A stretch of 64,000 nucleotides of DNA. Source: Lama guanicoe (taxonomy: Eukaryota). The notes beneath the pieces were generated by a model, which saw only the letters and a list, made by a program, of their open reading frames with translations, did no database searches and was not told where the DNA came from. The position numbers were made by a program, and so were the translations under genes. Below, piece by piece: positions 26,346 to 61,000 of the stretch (position 1 is its first letter; each line of letters begins with the position of its first letter). The DNA lies in contig MU053994.1 of the NCBI GenBank assembly GCA_013239625.1, positions 2,485,589 through 2,549,588 of the forward strand, written 5' to 3'.

Positions 26346-26946
26346 CTTGGAGGGCAGGGGTTTCCCGAGGCGCCTGGCTTCCTCCCAGCAGGTGCTCAGC
26401 ATCTGTGTAGTTGTTAGAGCGAAACCCAAACCAGTCTTGCAGCTTCCACAGCTGCACCCGTAGCGGGGCGGGGCCACGCAACCGGGAAAGTCACCCTGGT
26501 TGGAGACCGTCCCCCTAGACTAGCCAAAGGGTCCGCACCCGAGAGGCAGCCCCACCCTGTGGGTTCTCTGGACCACTCGACAGGCTCCGTCATTGCCCCA
26601 GCTCCCGACCACCCGCCCTACCCTCTATCTCGTGACCGGTCGTCACGGGCCGGGGGCGGGACTGCCCAGGTCTTCAATCGCTGTCTGCCATTGGCAGGGC
26701 CTTCCATCCATCACGGTGGGCTCTGCCCATCACGCTGACGTTTCCCAGGCTCTGTCGGTCTCGCAGGCCGCGGCGTAGCCGGCGATTGGTGGAGGAGGCG
26801 GCAGCCGTCCCGGCGGAGGCGACGACGGGGTGGGCTCAAGGAGTCCGGACGAGCCCCGGCTGGTCACCCCCTCGTGCTGCGGTGGTCGCTCGCGTCCCGC
26901 CGGCCCGTGCCGTGTCGCCCTGCACTGCTGCGGCCGCCGCGGAACC

Positions 26947-48076
<21,130 letters not shown>

Positions 48077-48945
48077 ACTTTCCTTATGCCAAACTTAGAA
48101 AAAGGATTTGGAAATTAGCTGTTTTGTTAAAATAAATCTTTTTAGTGTAGTTTAAAGTAGATAGTATACCTTAAATTTATAAAAAAGCAAATTTTGTTCT
48201 CTATCTTGTGTGCCTGTGATATTCTTTTAGAGTAAATTATAGTATTGATGTGAGCTGATTTGTGTGATATAGATTCCATAATATTCTCAAATACTATGAT
48301 ATAAGCATTTAATATAATTTCATTCCATTTAATATTTGGAAATATGCACTGAAATAAATGTAAAACATTTAGAATAGTTTGTGTTATTTATGTTTGGAAA
48401 AATGCACTGAATTTGAAATGTTTGACTTCCTTAACACAAGACAGGTGAAAGTGGTATTTGGGCTGTTAGATAGTATGAAACATTTGTAAATGTCTTAATG
48501 CAATGTAAGTATCTCTGAAACAAGAGGCAAAACGTTTTTAATTTCAAGCAGCTGGAAATTATGAATGTGCTTATACAGTCAGATTTGGGAACCACATCTG
48601 ATTGACAGGTAGCTGTTTTTTAATGTTCTAAAAGTTTGGTGATCTGAATGGTCAGGTGTGGATATTCAAGATACTACACTGATCTTAGGAGGAGAAACTA
48701 GCTTTGTGGAGTTATAGATGCTTGTAATTATGTGCACAGAAACAAATTTGGGGGACATCTTGGGGCATGAATATAAATTCTTTTTATTTCAGTAATTTTC
48801 TCCCCCTATGTAAGTTACTATGGTTTGTGGTACAACATCTTTCTATAGAATGTTAAGTGGAAGTAGGTGCGCCCTACTTTTCATGTGGAAGTGGACCAAT
48901 GTCTATGAAGAGTGACAAATAAAGTTAATAATTCCAAATCTGTGT
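48077..48945 (+). other. ATP6AP2: ATP6AP2 3' UTR (approximate end)
   Basis: AT-rich sequence after the stop codon, ending near AATAAA 48918-48923. Confidence 0.7.
48918..48923 (+). terminator. Polyadenylation signal AATAAA (probable main site); a proximal AATAAA lies at 48353-48358
   Basis: AATAAA followed about 20 nt later by GU/U-rich tgtgtcatttt. Confidence 0.7.
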
Positions 48946-51900
48946 CATTTTCAATACTAAATCTATTTCATATTGTAAAAGCCTAACTAAACAGGGTTTT
49001 ATTTAATCAGAATTGGCTGTTTTGTTACATAATTTTTTTAAACATTTATTTATTCTCACTGCTTTCTGAGATTCTTGTTACTGAATTTATAGACTATATG
49101 ATAAATTCACACTAGACTTTAGGTAGGGAAGGTTTAAGTTTCCCTATAGCATTTAAAAAGGTAAATACACAACTAATATGGTTAGAGTATGAAGGGGACT
49201 ATCTACGGTAAAGGCTTAAGGTTATAACGTTTTAAATTCTTACAATTAAGACTTACTTACCTAATTAGAATTTTAAACTTCATGATTATATAGCTAAATT
49301 ATTTTAGTAGGAGAGTTGTGCTGACCTGTCCTGCCCCTGGGAACCCTATTTGGATTTAGTCTCAGCTGTTTTTGCCTCTTCTTTGCAAAGATCATCACAT
49401 TATTTCTAAATAACATGTTTGAGAAGATGGAGTCTATGTAGTTGTGTTTTCTACCACTTACTGCAAGATACCTTTGATAATTACAGAGCACAGAAAATTT
49501 TTTTTTTCTTTTTGAACTATAGTGAAGCTGATAACTCCACAGGAAAGAAAAGCTACATTGTCCTAAAGTATTCTCCCTCCACCACTACCCCCTGCCAAGT
49601 CTGTGCGGGTGAAGGGGTTTCAGCCACCTAGCCTGAAACACTCTGATCCCCGTGGAACCCAGCAGGGCTTGCGCCTGGGGGACAGGAATCTCTAATGCTG
49701 CAGGGTGGTTAAAATCCATTTTTCTTTCACAAGTTTCTTATATACATATTACTGTAGAAGTTAGGTTGTTATGATTAAATATGAAGTAAACCAATGCCTT
49801 GGTAATTTAAAACTGATGAGACTTAGGTTCTAGAAGAAGAGGAAAAACTAATTACACGACAGCACTAATCCTTGCAGGGTAAACGGCATCAGCACCCTGC
49901 GATCTTGTGCTGGGCAGACAGCTATTAATTAAAATAAATGTTCTGCCAAGATTATTATACCTGTTGCTGATGATTTGCTCTTAAATTGTCTAATTTGTTC
50001 AGGAACATAAATCACAGTGTCGAGATTTGTGTGAGAGGCAGGAAAGTCAGGCTCATGGCAGACTTCCACTGACACTGAAAGAGAAAACCCAATCACTTTA
50101 TGTCTAATTGGAATATTCCAGGCTTATAAAACATCTGAGATGCTACATATGGTACATACTGCTTATAGCCTAGTTCTATTAAGAATAATACAGAATTGAT
50201 TTTTATTTTCTTTAGCTATGTCTTTTTTGAAGGCATAATACCTGAATCCATTTTCATCGGTACCAAATAATATGGAAGCCATAAGCTTACTTTTCAATGG
50301 ATGATGAACAATTTCCAAAGCATGCAGTGGCATTGAGCCTTCCAGCCTTGCCTTTAGGTAGGTTTCTTTCTAGTCTTTTCATGATAGTATGACTATGCAG
50401 TGGTTTCTTAGAGAAATAAAGAACTGTCAGAAGAAGGCATTACTTAAGAAGCACTGTGATTAAAATACAGATGAATTCAGTTAGCCAATTCACCGCTTAC
50501 TAGCTGAACAATCGTGGGCAGATCTCTTAGTCCTCTCTGAACCAGAGTTTCTACTCTATATAATGGGGATGGTAATACTCCAAGTTTGTGAAAATCAGTG
50601 TTCACTGGGATAACATGCTCTAAGGTTTGTGAAAACTTACTATGAACTATGATAATAGGTACTAAATTCAAGGAACTCTGCTTGGACCCATCATTGAACC
50701 AATGATAAATATGAGCCAGTTTCTTGGTTGTAAGTGCTAGGAACAAACTGGTTACTAAATTAAGTCAATTATCCTACTAGTGACCTTCTATTGGACCAAG
50801 ATCCAATTCAGGAGCACACTTTGCATATACCTGTCCGGTCTCCTTCATCTCCTTTACTCTGGGATAGTTCACTTTTGAAAAAAAGTAATGGCCAATTATT
50901 TTTATAGAGTGTCCCTTAATTTGGTTGGTTTGGTTTGATACTTGCTCATGATGTCAAGAGGCACACGATATCAATATGTCTAATCTTTGGTGACACTAAC
51001 TATGGTTAAGGTCATACCTGTCAGGTTTCTCCCTTATAAAGTGACTATTTTTTCTTTTGTGATTAGACCCTTTTAAGACACATTTATATCTCATTCTTTC
51101 ATCATACTTTGACCATTTTAGCATCCATTGATGATTCTTGCCTGAAATGATTACTGTGGTGTTGGCCAAATGATGATTTCCTCTTTCCATCATCCTTTCT
51201 ATATTTATTAATTGGAATTCTGTAAAGAAGAGCTTTCCCTTCTTCCCCATCAGTTTATTTAGTTCATTATTTTATATCAGCATGAACTCATGGATACTTG
51301 TTTTAGTCTCTGTGTTGTAATCCATTACTATCATGTTGTTGTTTAGTTGTCCCAGATTTGGTCACTGGAAGCCCCTTTCATTGGCTCCTGTGTCCTTTTG
51401 ATATCATTTTTGAGTATTTGTTTACTTTCTGGCACCACATGACATATTTATGGACTGCATTTTCAAGTTAACCACCAGCAACCTTTATGTGGTGGGAAGA
51501 AAGGTGGGTGAGGAGGGCGGTAAGGAAATAAAAAGTGGTATCAGCTGGAATATTAAACATATATGTGACAAAATGAGGAAGGAACGGGGGGTAAATGTTA
51601 CGGCTCTTGTTTCAAAAGATAGCAAGGTTGGTTGGATTTTACGACTTTTTGTCTACCACTCCTATGTTCCCTTTACCTTCAGTATCCCTGAAGATTGAGT
51701 CCTCCAGTTTTGCCAGTCGACCAGGTGAGCTGCTCAAAGTGGCCCAAGGGCTGGTGCCAGTCTGCGCTGTGATAAGTACAAAAACTGAGATCAGTGTTGA
51801 GAAATTTTTATAGCAATTTGACAGTACATGATATCCAAACACAATCAACAGACTCATCTTGCTGCACAAGGTACAGCCCAGCGTGGGTGTTGTACTAGCT

Positions 51901-51989
51901 TGCATGGTGGGTCACAAATAGTATAAGCTGTGGCCTGGTCGTGCACAACCAAACCATGTTCTGATGGGAGATATTTTAAGGTTCGTTTA

Positions 51990-52742
51990 CCAACTGTTAC
52001 CCAAAAGTATATAAAAAAATTCAGAATTTATATTTAACTCCAACTTTTACATCATAAATTGTTGAAACAGGATGGAGATCGGAAAACATTTTGAGAATGA
52101 GTCGTCCCTTGCTTTTATTGTGGATGAAAATTTAAAATGAATTATCCCAACCAAGCTTGCTGAATTACTTTAAAATCTCTTCTTCCATTCTTGTCAACAT
52201 ACTCTGCGAGACTAGTTTCTACTATAAATGTTATTAAGACAAAACATAGAAATAGTCTAGCTATATATCATCCACTACGTGTAGCGCTGTCAACAGTCCA
52301 ACCTCAATCAGGTTAACAAGCAACCAAGCCTATTTGTCACATTTAAAACTTTAAATGTTAATATCCATGGTTTCTGTTCAAAGTGTGCATATGGACATTT
52401 AATGCAGAGGGATTGCTTTGACACATAACTTTTTATTTAGTTAACAATTAAGGAATGATAAAGTTATGAATAGGTTATTATTTGCCTACATATTCACTTT
52501 CAATGAATGTATACAGTTTCAAAAATTTTTTTGTTTCTTCTGATCATATTGATTAAAATGCAATTTTATCTTATAATAAAACAATTGGGCTTTTGTCATT
52601 CAAAAAAATTTCCTTTTCGTGGTAGTTAATTTTCATTGTATTATACAAAAATATTGGTCCACAGTGGATTTGCAATTAAAATAGAATCTTTAATTAAAAA
52701 TTAAAATTCGTGCTGTCCCTTTACCACAGCTCAGAAGCACTG
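51990..52742 (+). mobile_element. hAT-Charlie transposon relic (transposase C-terminal dimerisation region plus right TIR)
   Basis: 52164-52316 translates ITLKSLLPFLSTY..(CETSF in a shifted frame)..VIKTKHRNSL..LRVALSTVQP; ends agaagcactg. Confidence 0.8.
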
Positions 52743-52849
52743 CCCCAGTAGAGTACCTGCCTGTCCTTCCACCCCACTCCCTGCCTGTGTGGCAACAACC
52801 CTGTTTACTCTTTGGGAGGACATGGAGGTGCTACTGAACTAGCACAAAA

Positions 52850-55800
52850 TGCCTGCAAGTAGGAAAAACATTTAACTCAATGCAAAACTACTTTAAGAAG
52901 AAAACAAAAAATAAAAATCAGCCGATAAAAATTCTCCCCATAAGAGCCAACAATGAAGCAGAAGAAAGAAAACTCTAATACTAAAATCCAAAATGAATGA
53001 AATATTCTGGAATACATTTGTCAATATAAAAAAATTCTAACATCAGAAACACAAAAACTAAGAATGGAAATGGACAAACAACAGGTAGAAATGCAAGAGA
53101 GTTGACTAACTCAGGAAAGAGATTGAAGTAAAAGACAACCACCTAAAATGAATAAATTACAAGGCAGCCCAGCGAGAATAGATTCAAACAAAACTTTAAT
53201 AAAGGATATTGACTAAGAATGGGTGGGAAAACCCAAGAAAATGAAAATCAGATAAATAAGTATAAAGGGTCACAGAAAAAAACTGGTTGAAATGGAAAAT
53301 GTGTAAGAAAACTCCAACATACATATAATTTGAATCCTTGAAGAAAAGCAATGGAAGGTAACTAATTTTTTTAAAACTCTTAAGCCAAGAAAATTTCCCA
53401 GAAATAAGAGAAAACAAATCTACATATTGAAATGGCCCACCATGTACTTTAGGAAACTGACATGAATCTATCAAGTCTGAGACACATCTTAATAAAATTT
53501 TCGACTTTTAAGGCAAAAGATCTTCAGGCCTTCCAGGCAAAAGGTCAAATTACTTATATGGACAAGAAAATCTGCCTGGCATCAGACTTCTCAAGTGCAA
53601 CACGCAAAGCACCTCAAGGGTGGAACAGCATTTTCAAGAAACCGAAGGAAAGAAAAATGCAAGCCACGAATATTATTATCTAGCCTGGCTGCCCTTTAGA
53701 ATCATAGATAGAGAAAACAAGTTTCAATTTTGAAACACTCCTAAAAGATACAAAAATAGACTTGACAAATGAAAAGACATCTTTTTGAATAGGAAAATAT
53801 CATGTATATCAGTCAGTGTGCTCCAGAGAATACATGAAAAAAAATATTCACATACACACAGATTTATTTTAAGGAATTGGTTCATCTGATTGTGAGCACA
53901 GGTCAGCAGGCTGAAAACTCAGACTGTATTTTTATGTTAGTCTTGAGGCAGAATTCCTTCTTACGAGAACAACAGTTACATTGGACTCAGGGCCCACCTT
54001 ACTCCAGGTATGACCTCATCTTAACTAATTACATCTGCAAGGACCCTATTTCCAAATAAGCTCACATTGTGTGGTACCAGGGGTTAAAAAGCCAACATCT
54101 TTTTGGTGGACAAAATTCAACCCACAACACCACCATAAAAATGTCAGTTCTTCCTAGTTAATTAACAAGTTTAATCCAATCCCAATGAAAATAAAAATGT
54201 TTTAATGGAGCTAGACAGGTTGATCTTAAAGTCTGTATATGGAACACTAAGGAAATAGTGAAAAGGAGAAGTTACAAGTGTGACGGGCTCTACCAGACGT
54301 TAAAACAAAGCCTCTATGATTAAAACAATATGGCATTGATGCATTAATAGATAAGCCAATGGAAAAGAATAGAAAGTCTAGAAACAGACTGACGTACATA
54401 TAGAAGTTTAGTATATGGGAAAGGGGGCATCTCAAAACACTGATCAAAGGTGAACTTTTGAATAAATGATATTGAGGCAACAGGATACCCATTTGGGAAA
54501 AGATAAAACTAGATCCTTATCTCCCAACATACACATGAAACAAACTCCAAATGAATGAGAGATTTAAATTCTTAAGAGAAAGAAACCATGCAAGTACTGG
54601 ACGAAAACAGGGTAAATTATTTTACAGACAGAATGTAGTGAACAGCTTTTCTAATTTGAATCAAAATCCAGATGCAATAAAAGAAAAGGCTGACAAATTT
54701 GACTATCCAAAAATGTAATTTTCCCCCTAATTTTAGTGAAGCATATTTTAGATATCATATAATACACCTATTTCAAGTGTACAGTTCAAAGATGATGTAG
54801 TAAATTTACCAAGTTGTGCGACATCACCATAAATCAGTTCAGAACCTTCTCATCAACCCCAGTAAGAGCTTTCATGCACATTTATTGTTGATCCCATTTC
54901 CCACTGTGACCCCCTGAGCCAGGTAACCACTCATCTACTTTCTGTCTCTAGATTTGCCTTTTCTGGGCATTTAAATAAATTACAGCATCCAATATGTGGT
55001 CTCTTGTATCTGGCTTCTTTCACTGGGCATAACGTTTTTGAAATTCATTTGTGTCATAGCACGTATCCATAGTTTATTCCTTTTTATTACTGAATAGTAT
55101 TCCCTGTGGGGAGAGATCTCATTTTGTCTAACCATTCAGTTTGGGGCTATTATGAGTAATGCTGCTAAAAACACCATAAGTCAAAAGGCAAGTGACAAAC
55201 TAGGAGAAAATATTTGTAACATACCTCACACAGCACTAATATTTCTAACAAATTAAAGAGCTTTCAAAATATGAGGGGGGAAAGTCCAAAATTCCCATTT
55301 AGACATGAGCCAAAGACATGAATTGACAATTCACCTAAAAAGATATTAAAATGGCCCTTAAACTGAAAAATATTCAAAATCATTCACAATAAGAGTGTAA
55401 GTTATGGGGGAGGGTATAGCTCAAGTGGTAGAGCACATGCCTAGCACGCACAAGGTCCTGGGTTCAATCCCCAGTGCCTCTATTAAAATAAATAAACCTA
55501 TATACAATAATAAAATATTTTTAAAGTGCAAATTAAAGCTACACTGAGAACATCAACTAGCATGGCTGTAATAAAAAGAGTAACAAGTGTTAGGGAGGAT
55601 GCAGAAAAATTGGAACTCTTACACACTGCTGGTGGGAATGTAAAATGTTGAAGCCACTTTGGAAAAACAGTCTGACAGTTCTTCAAAAGATAAAACACAG
55701 AGTTACCATAGATACCCAGCCATTCCACTCTTAGGTATCTATCTACTCGATGGAAACGAAAGCATGCAACCGCATAAAACCTTGTACACAAATGTTCACA

Positions 55801-56450
55801 GCAACACTCTTCATAAGAGACAAAAAGTGGAAACAACCCGTAAGTCCATCAACTGATGAAAGGATGAACAAAATATGGTCTATCCACATAGAACAGTGCT
55901 TCGTCATAAAAAGGAATGAAGTACTGACACATGGATGAACCTTGAAAACACTATGCTAAGTGAGAGAAGCCAGACCAAAATGTCACAAATATGAAATTCC
56001 CGGAAGAGGCAACTCCTTAGAGTCAGGAACTAGTTTAGAGGTTACCAGGGGTTTGGGGGAGGGGAGAGTGAGGAAGGACTACTAATGGGTATGCGGTTTC
56101 TTTTGGGAGGTGATGAAAATGTTCTAGAATTGATTCTAGTGATGATTGCACAGCTCTGTGACTATACTAAACACCGCTGCATCACTGTACAGTTTAAATG
56201 GGTGACCTGTATGGTATGTGAATTATACCTCAATACAGCTGTTATAAAACAAACCACAGTGAGATACCATTTCTCATCTATCAGGTTAGCAAACATTCTA
56301 AAGCTTCACAATATACTCTGTTGACAAGGCTGTGCGGTAAAAGAACACTATTGAACATTGTGAGAACGCAAAACGGAAGGTGAATTTGTCAATATCTAAC
56401 AAAACTAAATTTGTATTTACCCTTTGACCCAGCAATACCACTTCTAGGGC
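52850..56450 (+). mobile_element. Nested old L1M fragments with a MaLR fragment (~53805-54130) and a SINE (55406-55520)
   Basis: ORF1-like RHILIKF..ICLASDFSSAT (53462-53683); L1 3' motifs atggatgaaccttgaaaacactatgctaagtg. Confidence 0.7.
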
Positions 56451-56469
56451 CGTACTGTTTTTCTTAACC

Positions 56470-57978
56470 ATTTAAAAAAATTGAAGTGTAGTTAATTCAT
56501 AATGTTGTGTTACTTTCAGGTGTACAGAAAAGTGATTCAGTTATATATGTATAATTTTTCAGATTCTTTTCCATTATAGGTTATTACAAGATAATGAATA
56601 TAGTTCCCTCTGCTACACAGTAGTCCCCACTGTTTATCTATTTGATATGTAGTAGCATGTATCTGTTAATCCCAAACTCCTAATTTATTCTTCCACCACC
56701 CCCACTTTCCCCTTTGGTAACCATAAGTTTGTTTTCTAAGTCTATGAATCTGTTTCTGTTCTGTAAATAAACTCTTTTGTGTCTTTTTTTTAGATTCCAC
56801 ATATAAGTGATATACGATATTTGTCTGTCTGACCTACTTCATTTAATATGATAATCTCCAGGTCCATCCATGTTGCTGCAAATGGCGTTATTTCATTTTT
56901 TATGGCTGAGTAGTATTCCATTGTATGTATGTGTGTATATATATACACACATATATACACATAAATACATACATATATATATACACACACATACATACAC
57001 CACAACTTCTTTACCCAATCATCTGTTGATGGACACGCAGGCTGCTTCCATGTCTTGGCTATTGTAAATAGTGCTGCTATGAACATTGGGGTGCATGTGT
57101 CTTTTTCAGTTAGAGTTTTCTCCAGATATATGCCCAGGAGTGGGATTGCTGAATCATATGGTAAATCTATTTTTAGTTTTTTAAGGAATCTCTATACTGT
57201 TCTCCATAGTGGCTGCACCAATTTATGTTCCCACCAACAGCGTAGGAGGGTTCCTTTTTCTCCACATCCTCTCCAGCATTTATTTGTAGACTTTTTAATG
57301 ATGGCCATTCTGACTGGTATGAGGTGATACCTAACTGCAGTTTTGATCAGCATTTCTCTAATAATTCCCAACTTTGAGTATCTTTTCATGTGCCTGTTGG
57401 CCATCTGTATGTCTTCTTTGGAGAAACGTCTATTCAGGTCTTCTGCCTATTTTTTGATTGGGTTGTTTTTTCTTTTGATATTATGTTGTATGAGTTGTTT
57501 ATATATTTTGGAAATTAATCCCTTGTCGATAGCATCCTTGGCAAATATTTTCTCCTAGTCCGTAGGTTGACTTTGCATTTTGTTTATGGTTTCCTTTGCT
57601 GTGCAAAAGCTTTTGAATTTAATTAGATCCCATTTGTTTATTTTTATTTCCATTACTCTAGGAGACAGATACAAAAAAAAATTGCTGCCATTTATGTCAG
57701 AGTGCTCTGCCTAGGTTTTCCTCTAGGAGTTTTAGAGTATCTAGTCTTACATTTAGGTCTTTAATCCATTTTGAGTTTATTTTTGTATATGGTGTTGGAG
57801 AATGTTCTAATTTCATTCTTTTACAGGTAGCTGTCCAGTTGTCCAATTTTCCCAGCACAACTTATTGAAGAGACTATCTTTTCTCCACTGTATATTCTTG
57901 CCTCCTTTGTCATAGATTAATTAACCACAAGTGCATGGGTTTATTTCTGGGCTTTCTATCCTGTTCCATTGTTCTGTA
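56470..57978 (-). mobile_element. 5'-truncated L1 with canonical cetartiodactyl 3' end
   Basis: [16 protein letters not shown] and [14 protein letters not shown] on the minus strand; canonical 3' UTR. Confidence 0.93.
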
Positions 57979-58037
57979 TGGCTCATAATGACATAAAGTA
58001 TTATATACAACATTAAATCAGTGATAACTATACTGTG

Positions 58038-61000
58038 GGCGACTACAACAAAACCACAACTGAGTGCTAAAAACAACTACTGGAACCTAGCAAAAAAGAT
58101 CTTCAACTGGAAACATAAAGAGGAAACTAACGTGAGATGGTAGGAGGGGCGTGCTCACGATATAATCAGGCCCCACACCCCATGGGTGGGTGACCCACAA
58201 GCTGAAGAATAATTAAGTTACAGAAGTGAGAGGTCTGAGCCCCATGTCAGGCTCCCAACCTGGGTTTCTGGCATTGGGAGGAAAAGGAGATCCCAGGACA
58301 CCTGGTTTTGAAGGCCAGTGGGGCTTAGCTCCAGGAGCCCCATGGGACTGGGGGAGACAGAGATTTCATTCTCTTGGGAAGTGTACACAGAATCTTGCGT
58401 GCGCCACGCTCAAAGGCAGAGGCAGTGATTTCATAGGAACCTGGGCCAGACCTGCCTGCTAGTTTTGGAAGATCTCCTGGGGAGGTAGGGGACAGTTACG
58501 GCTCACCAGGGGATTTAAAAGCTGGTGGAGGGAGTGTAAGCGTTCCTGTGACATCTTGATTGGATCATTAGCAACAAGACTGAGCCCCATCCAACAGCCT
58601 GTAGGCTTAAGGGCTGGGAAGCCTCAGGCCAAACAACATACTGGGTGGGAACACCCACCCATCAGCAGACTTTCTGAGCCATAAACACCTCTAGACATGG
58701 CCCTACCCACCAGAGGTCCAGGACCAAGCTTCACCCAGCAGTGGGCAGGCACTGACTCCTCCTACCAGGAAACCTGCATAAGCCTCTAGCCCAGCCTCAT
58801 CCATCAGGGGACATACACCAGAAATAAAACAACAATCCCAAAGCCTATGGAAAGAATCCACAAACACAAGCCAGACTCTACCCTGGGACTGGCTGGACCC
58901 TGGCCCTTGGGTGGCAAGAGGGGAGTGTACTGCTGGGACACACAGGATGTCTCCCACAGAGGGCCACTTCTCCAAGGTTGTGAGATGTAACTAACCTACC
59001 TAAAAATACAAATAGAAAGATAGACAGTATGAGGTGGCAGAGGAATATCTTCCAGGCCAACGTACAAGATGAAATCCCAGAAGAAGAAATAGGTGATGAG
59101 GAGATAGGCAATTTACCTGAGAAAGAATTTGGAGTAATGATAGCAAAGATGTTCAGAGAATGCAAGAGAAGTACAGATGCACAGAGCAGTTTTTAGCAAA
59201 GAGTTAGAAGATACAAAGAATGCCCAAATAGAGTTGAAGAATAAACTCACTGAAATGAGTAACACACAAGAAGGAACCAAGAATAGACTAAATGAGGCAG
59301 AAAACCGATCAGTGACCTAGAAGACAGATTAGTGGGAATCACTACTGCAGAACAGAAAAAAGAAAAAAGAATGAAAAGAAATGAGGGTAGTTTCAAGAGA
59401 ACTCTGGGACAACATGAAGCTCATTAATATTCACATTATAGAGGTCTCAGAAAGAGAAAAGAGAAAGAAGGACCTGAAAAAATATTTGAAGAGATAATCA
59501 CCAAAAACTTTCCTAACTTGGGAAAGGATACAGTCACCCAAGTCTAGGAAGCACAGAGTTCCACACAGGATCAACCCAAAGAGGAACACACTGAGGCACA
59601 TAGTCATCAAATTGACAAAAATTAAGGATAAGGAGAAAATATTAAAATCAGCAAGAGAAAAGCAACAAATAACATACAAAGGAACTTCCATAAGGCTATC
59701 AGCTGATTTTTCAGCAGAAATTCTACAGGCCAGAAGGGAGTGGCATGATAAATTTAAAGTGATGAAAGGGAAAAACAACCAAGAATACTCTATCTAGGAA
59801 GGCTCTCATTTAGATTTAATGGAGAAATCAAAAGCTTCACAGAAAAAGCTAAAAGAATTCAGCACCACCAAACCAGCTTTACAACAAATGTTTAAGAAAC
59901 TTTTCTAGTCATCAAACCACAAGAAAAGAGAGAAAGAAGAAAGAGAAAATAAAGACCTACAAAAACAAACCCAAACAATTAACAAAATGGCAATAAGAAC
60001 ATACATATTGATAATTTCCTTAAATGTAAATGGATTAAACACTCTAACCAAAAGACACAGACTGGTTGAATGGATACAAAAACAAGACCCATATATTTGC
60101 TGTCTACAAGAGACCCACTTCAGAGCTAGAGACGCATGCATGCTGAAAGTAAAGGGATGGAAAAAGGTATTCCATGCAAATGGAAACCAAAAGAAAGCTA
60201 GAGTAGCAATACTTCTATCAGACAAAATAGATTTTAAAATAAAGACTGTTACAAGACACAAAGAAGGACACTACATAATGCTTAAGGGATCAATCCAAGA
60301 AGAGGATATAACAATTGTAAATATATATGCACCCAACATAGGAGCACCTCAATATATAAGGCAATTGTTAACAGACATAAAAGGAGAAATCGATAACACC
60401 ACAATAATAGTGGGGGACCTTAACATCCCACTTATGTCAATGGACAGATCAACCAGACAGAAAATCAATAAGGAAATACAGGCCCTAAATAACACATTAA
60501 TTAATTGATATCTATAGAGCATTCCATCCAAAGCAACAGAATACACATTCTTCAAGTGTACATGGAACATTCTCCAGAATCGACCACATGCTGGCCCACA
60601 AAGCTAGCCTCAGCAAATTTAAGAAAATTGAAATCATACCAAGCATCTTTTCCGACCTTACCTATAAGGTTAGAAATCAACCACAAGAAAAAAATGCAAA
60701 AAATGCATACAGGTGGAGGCTAAACAGTATGCTACTAAACAACCAATGGGTCACTGAAGAAATCAAAGAGGAAATCAAAAAATACTTTGAGACAAATATA
60801 ATGAAAACACAATGATTCAAAATCTCTGGGATGCAGCAAAAGCAGTTCAGAGGGAAGTTTATAGCAATACAAGCCTACCTCAGGAAACAAGAAAAATCTC
60901 AAGTAAACAACCTAACCTTACACCTAAAGTAGCTAGAGAAAGAAAAACAAACAAAACCCAAAGTTAGTAGAAGAAGAGAAATAAAGATTAGAGCAGAAAT

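Noticed and set aside
26830..26946. In-frame GTG-started N-terminal extension of ATP6AP2
   Set aside because: The ATG has a strong Kozak context and directly starts the signal peptide; an open frame in GC-rich DNA is not evidence.
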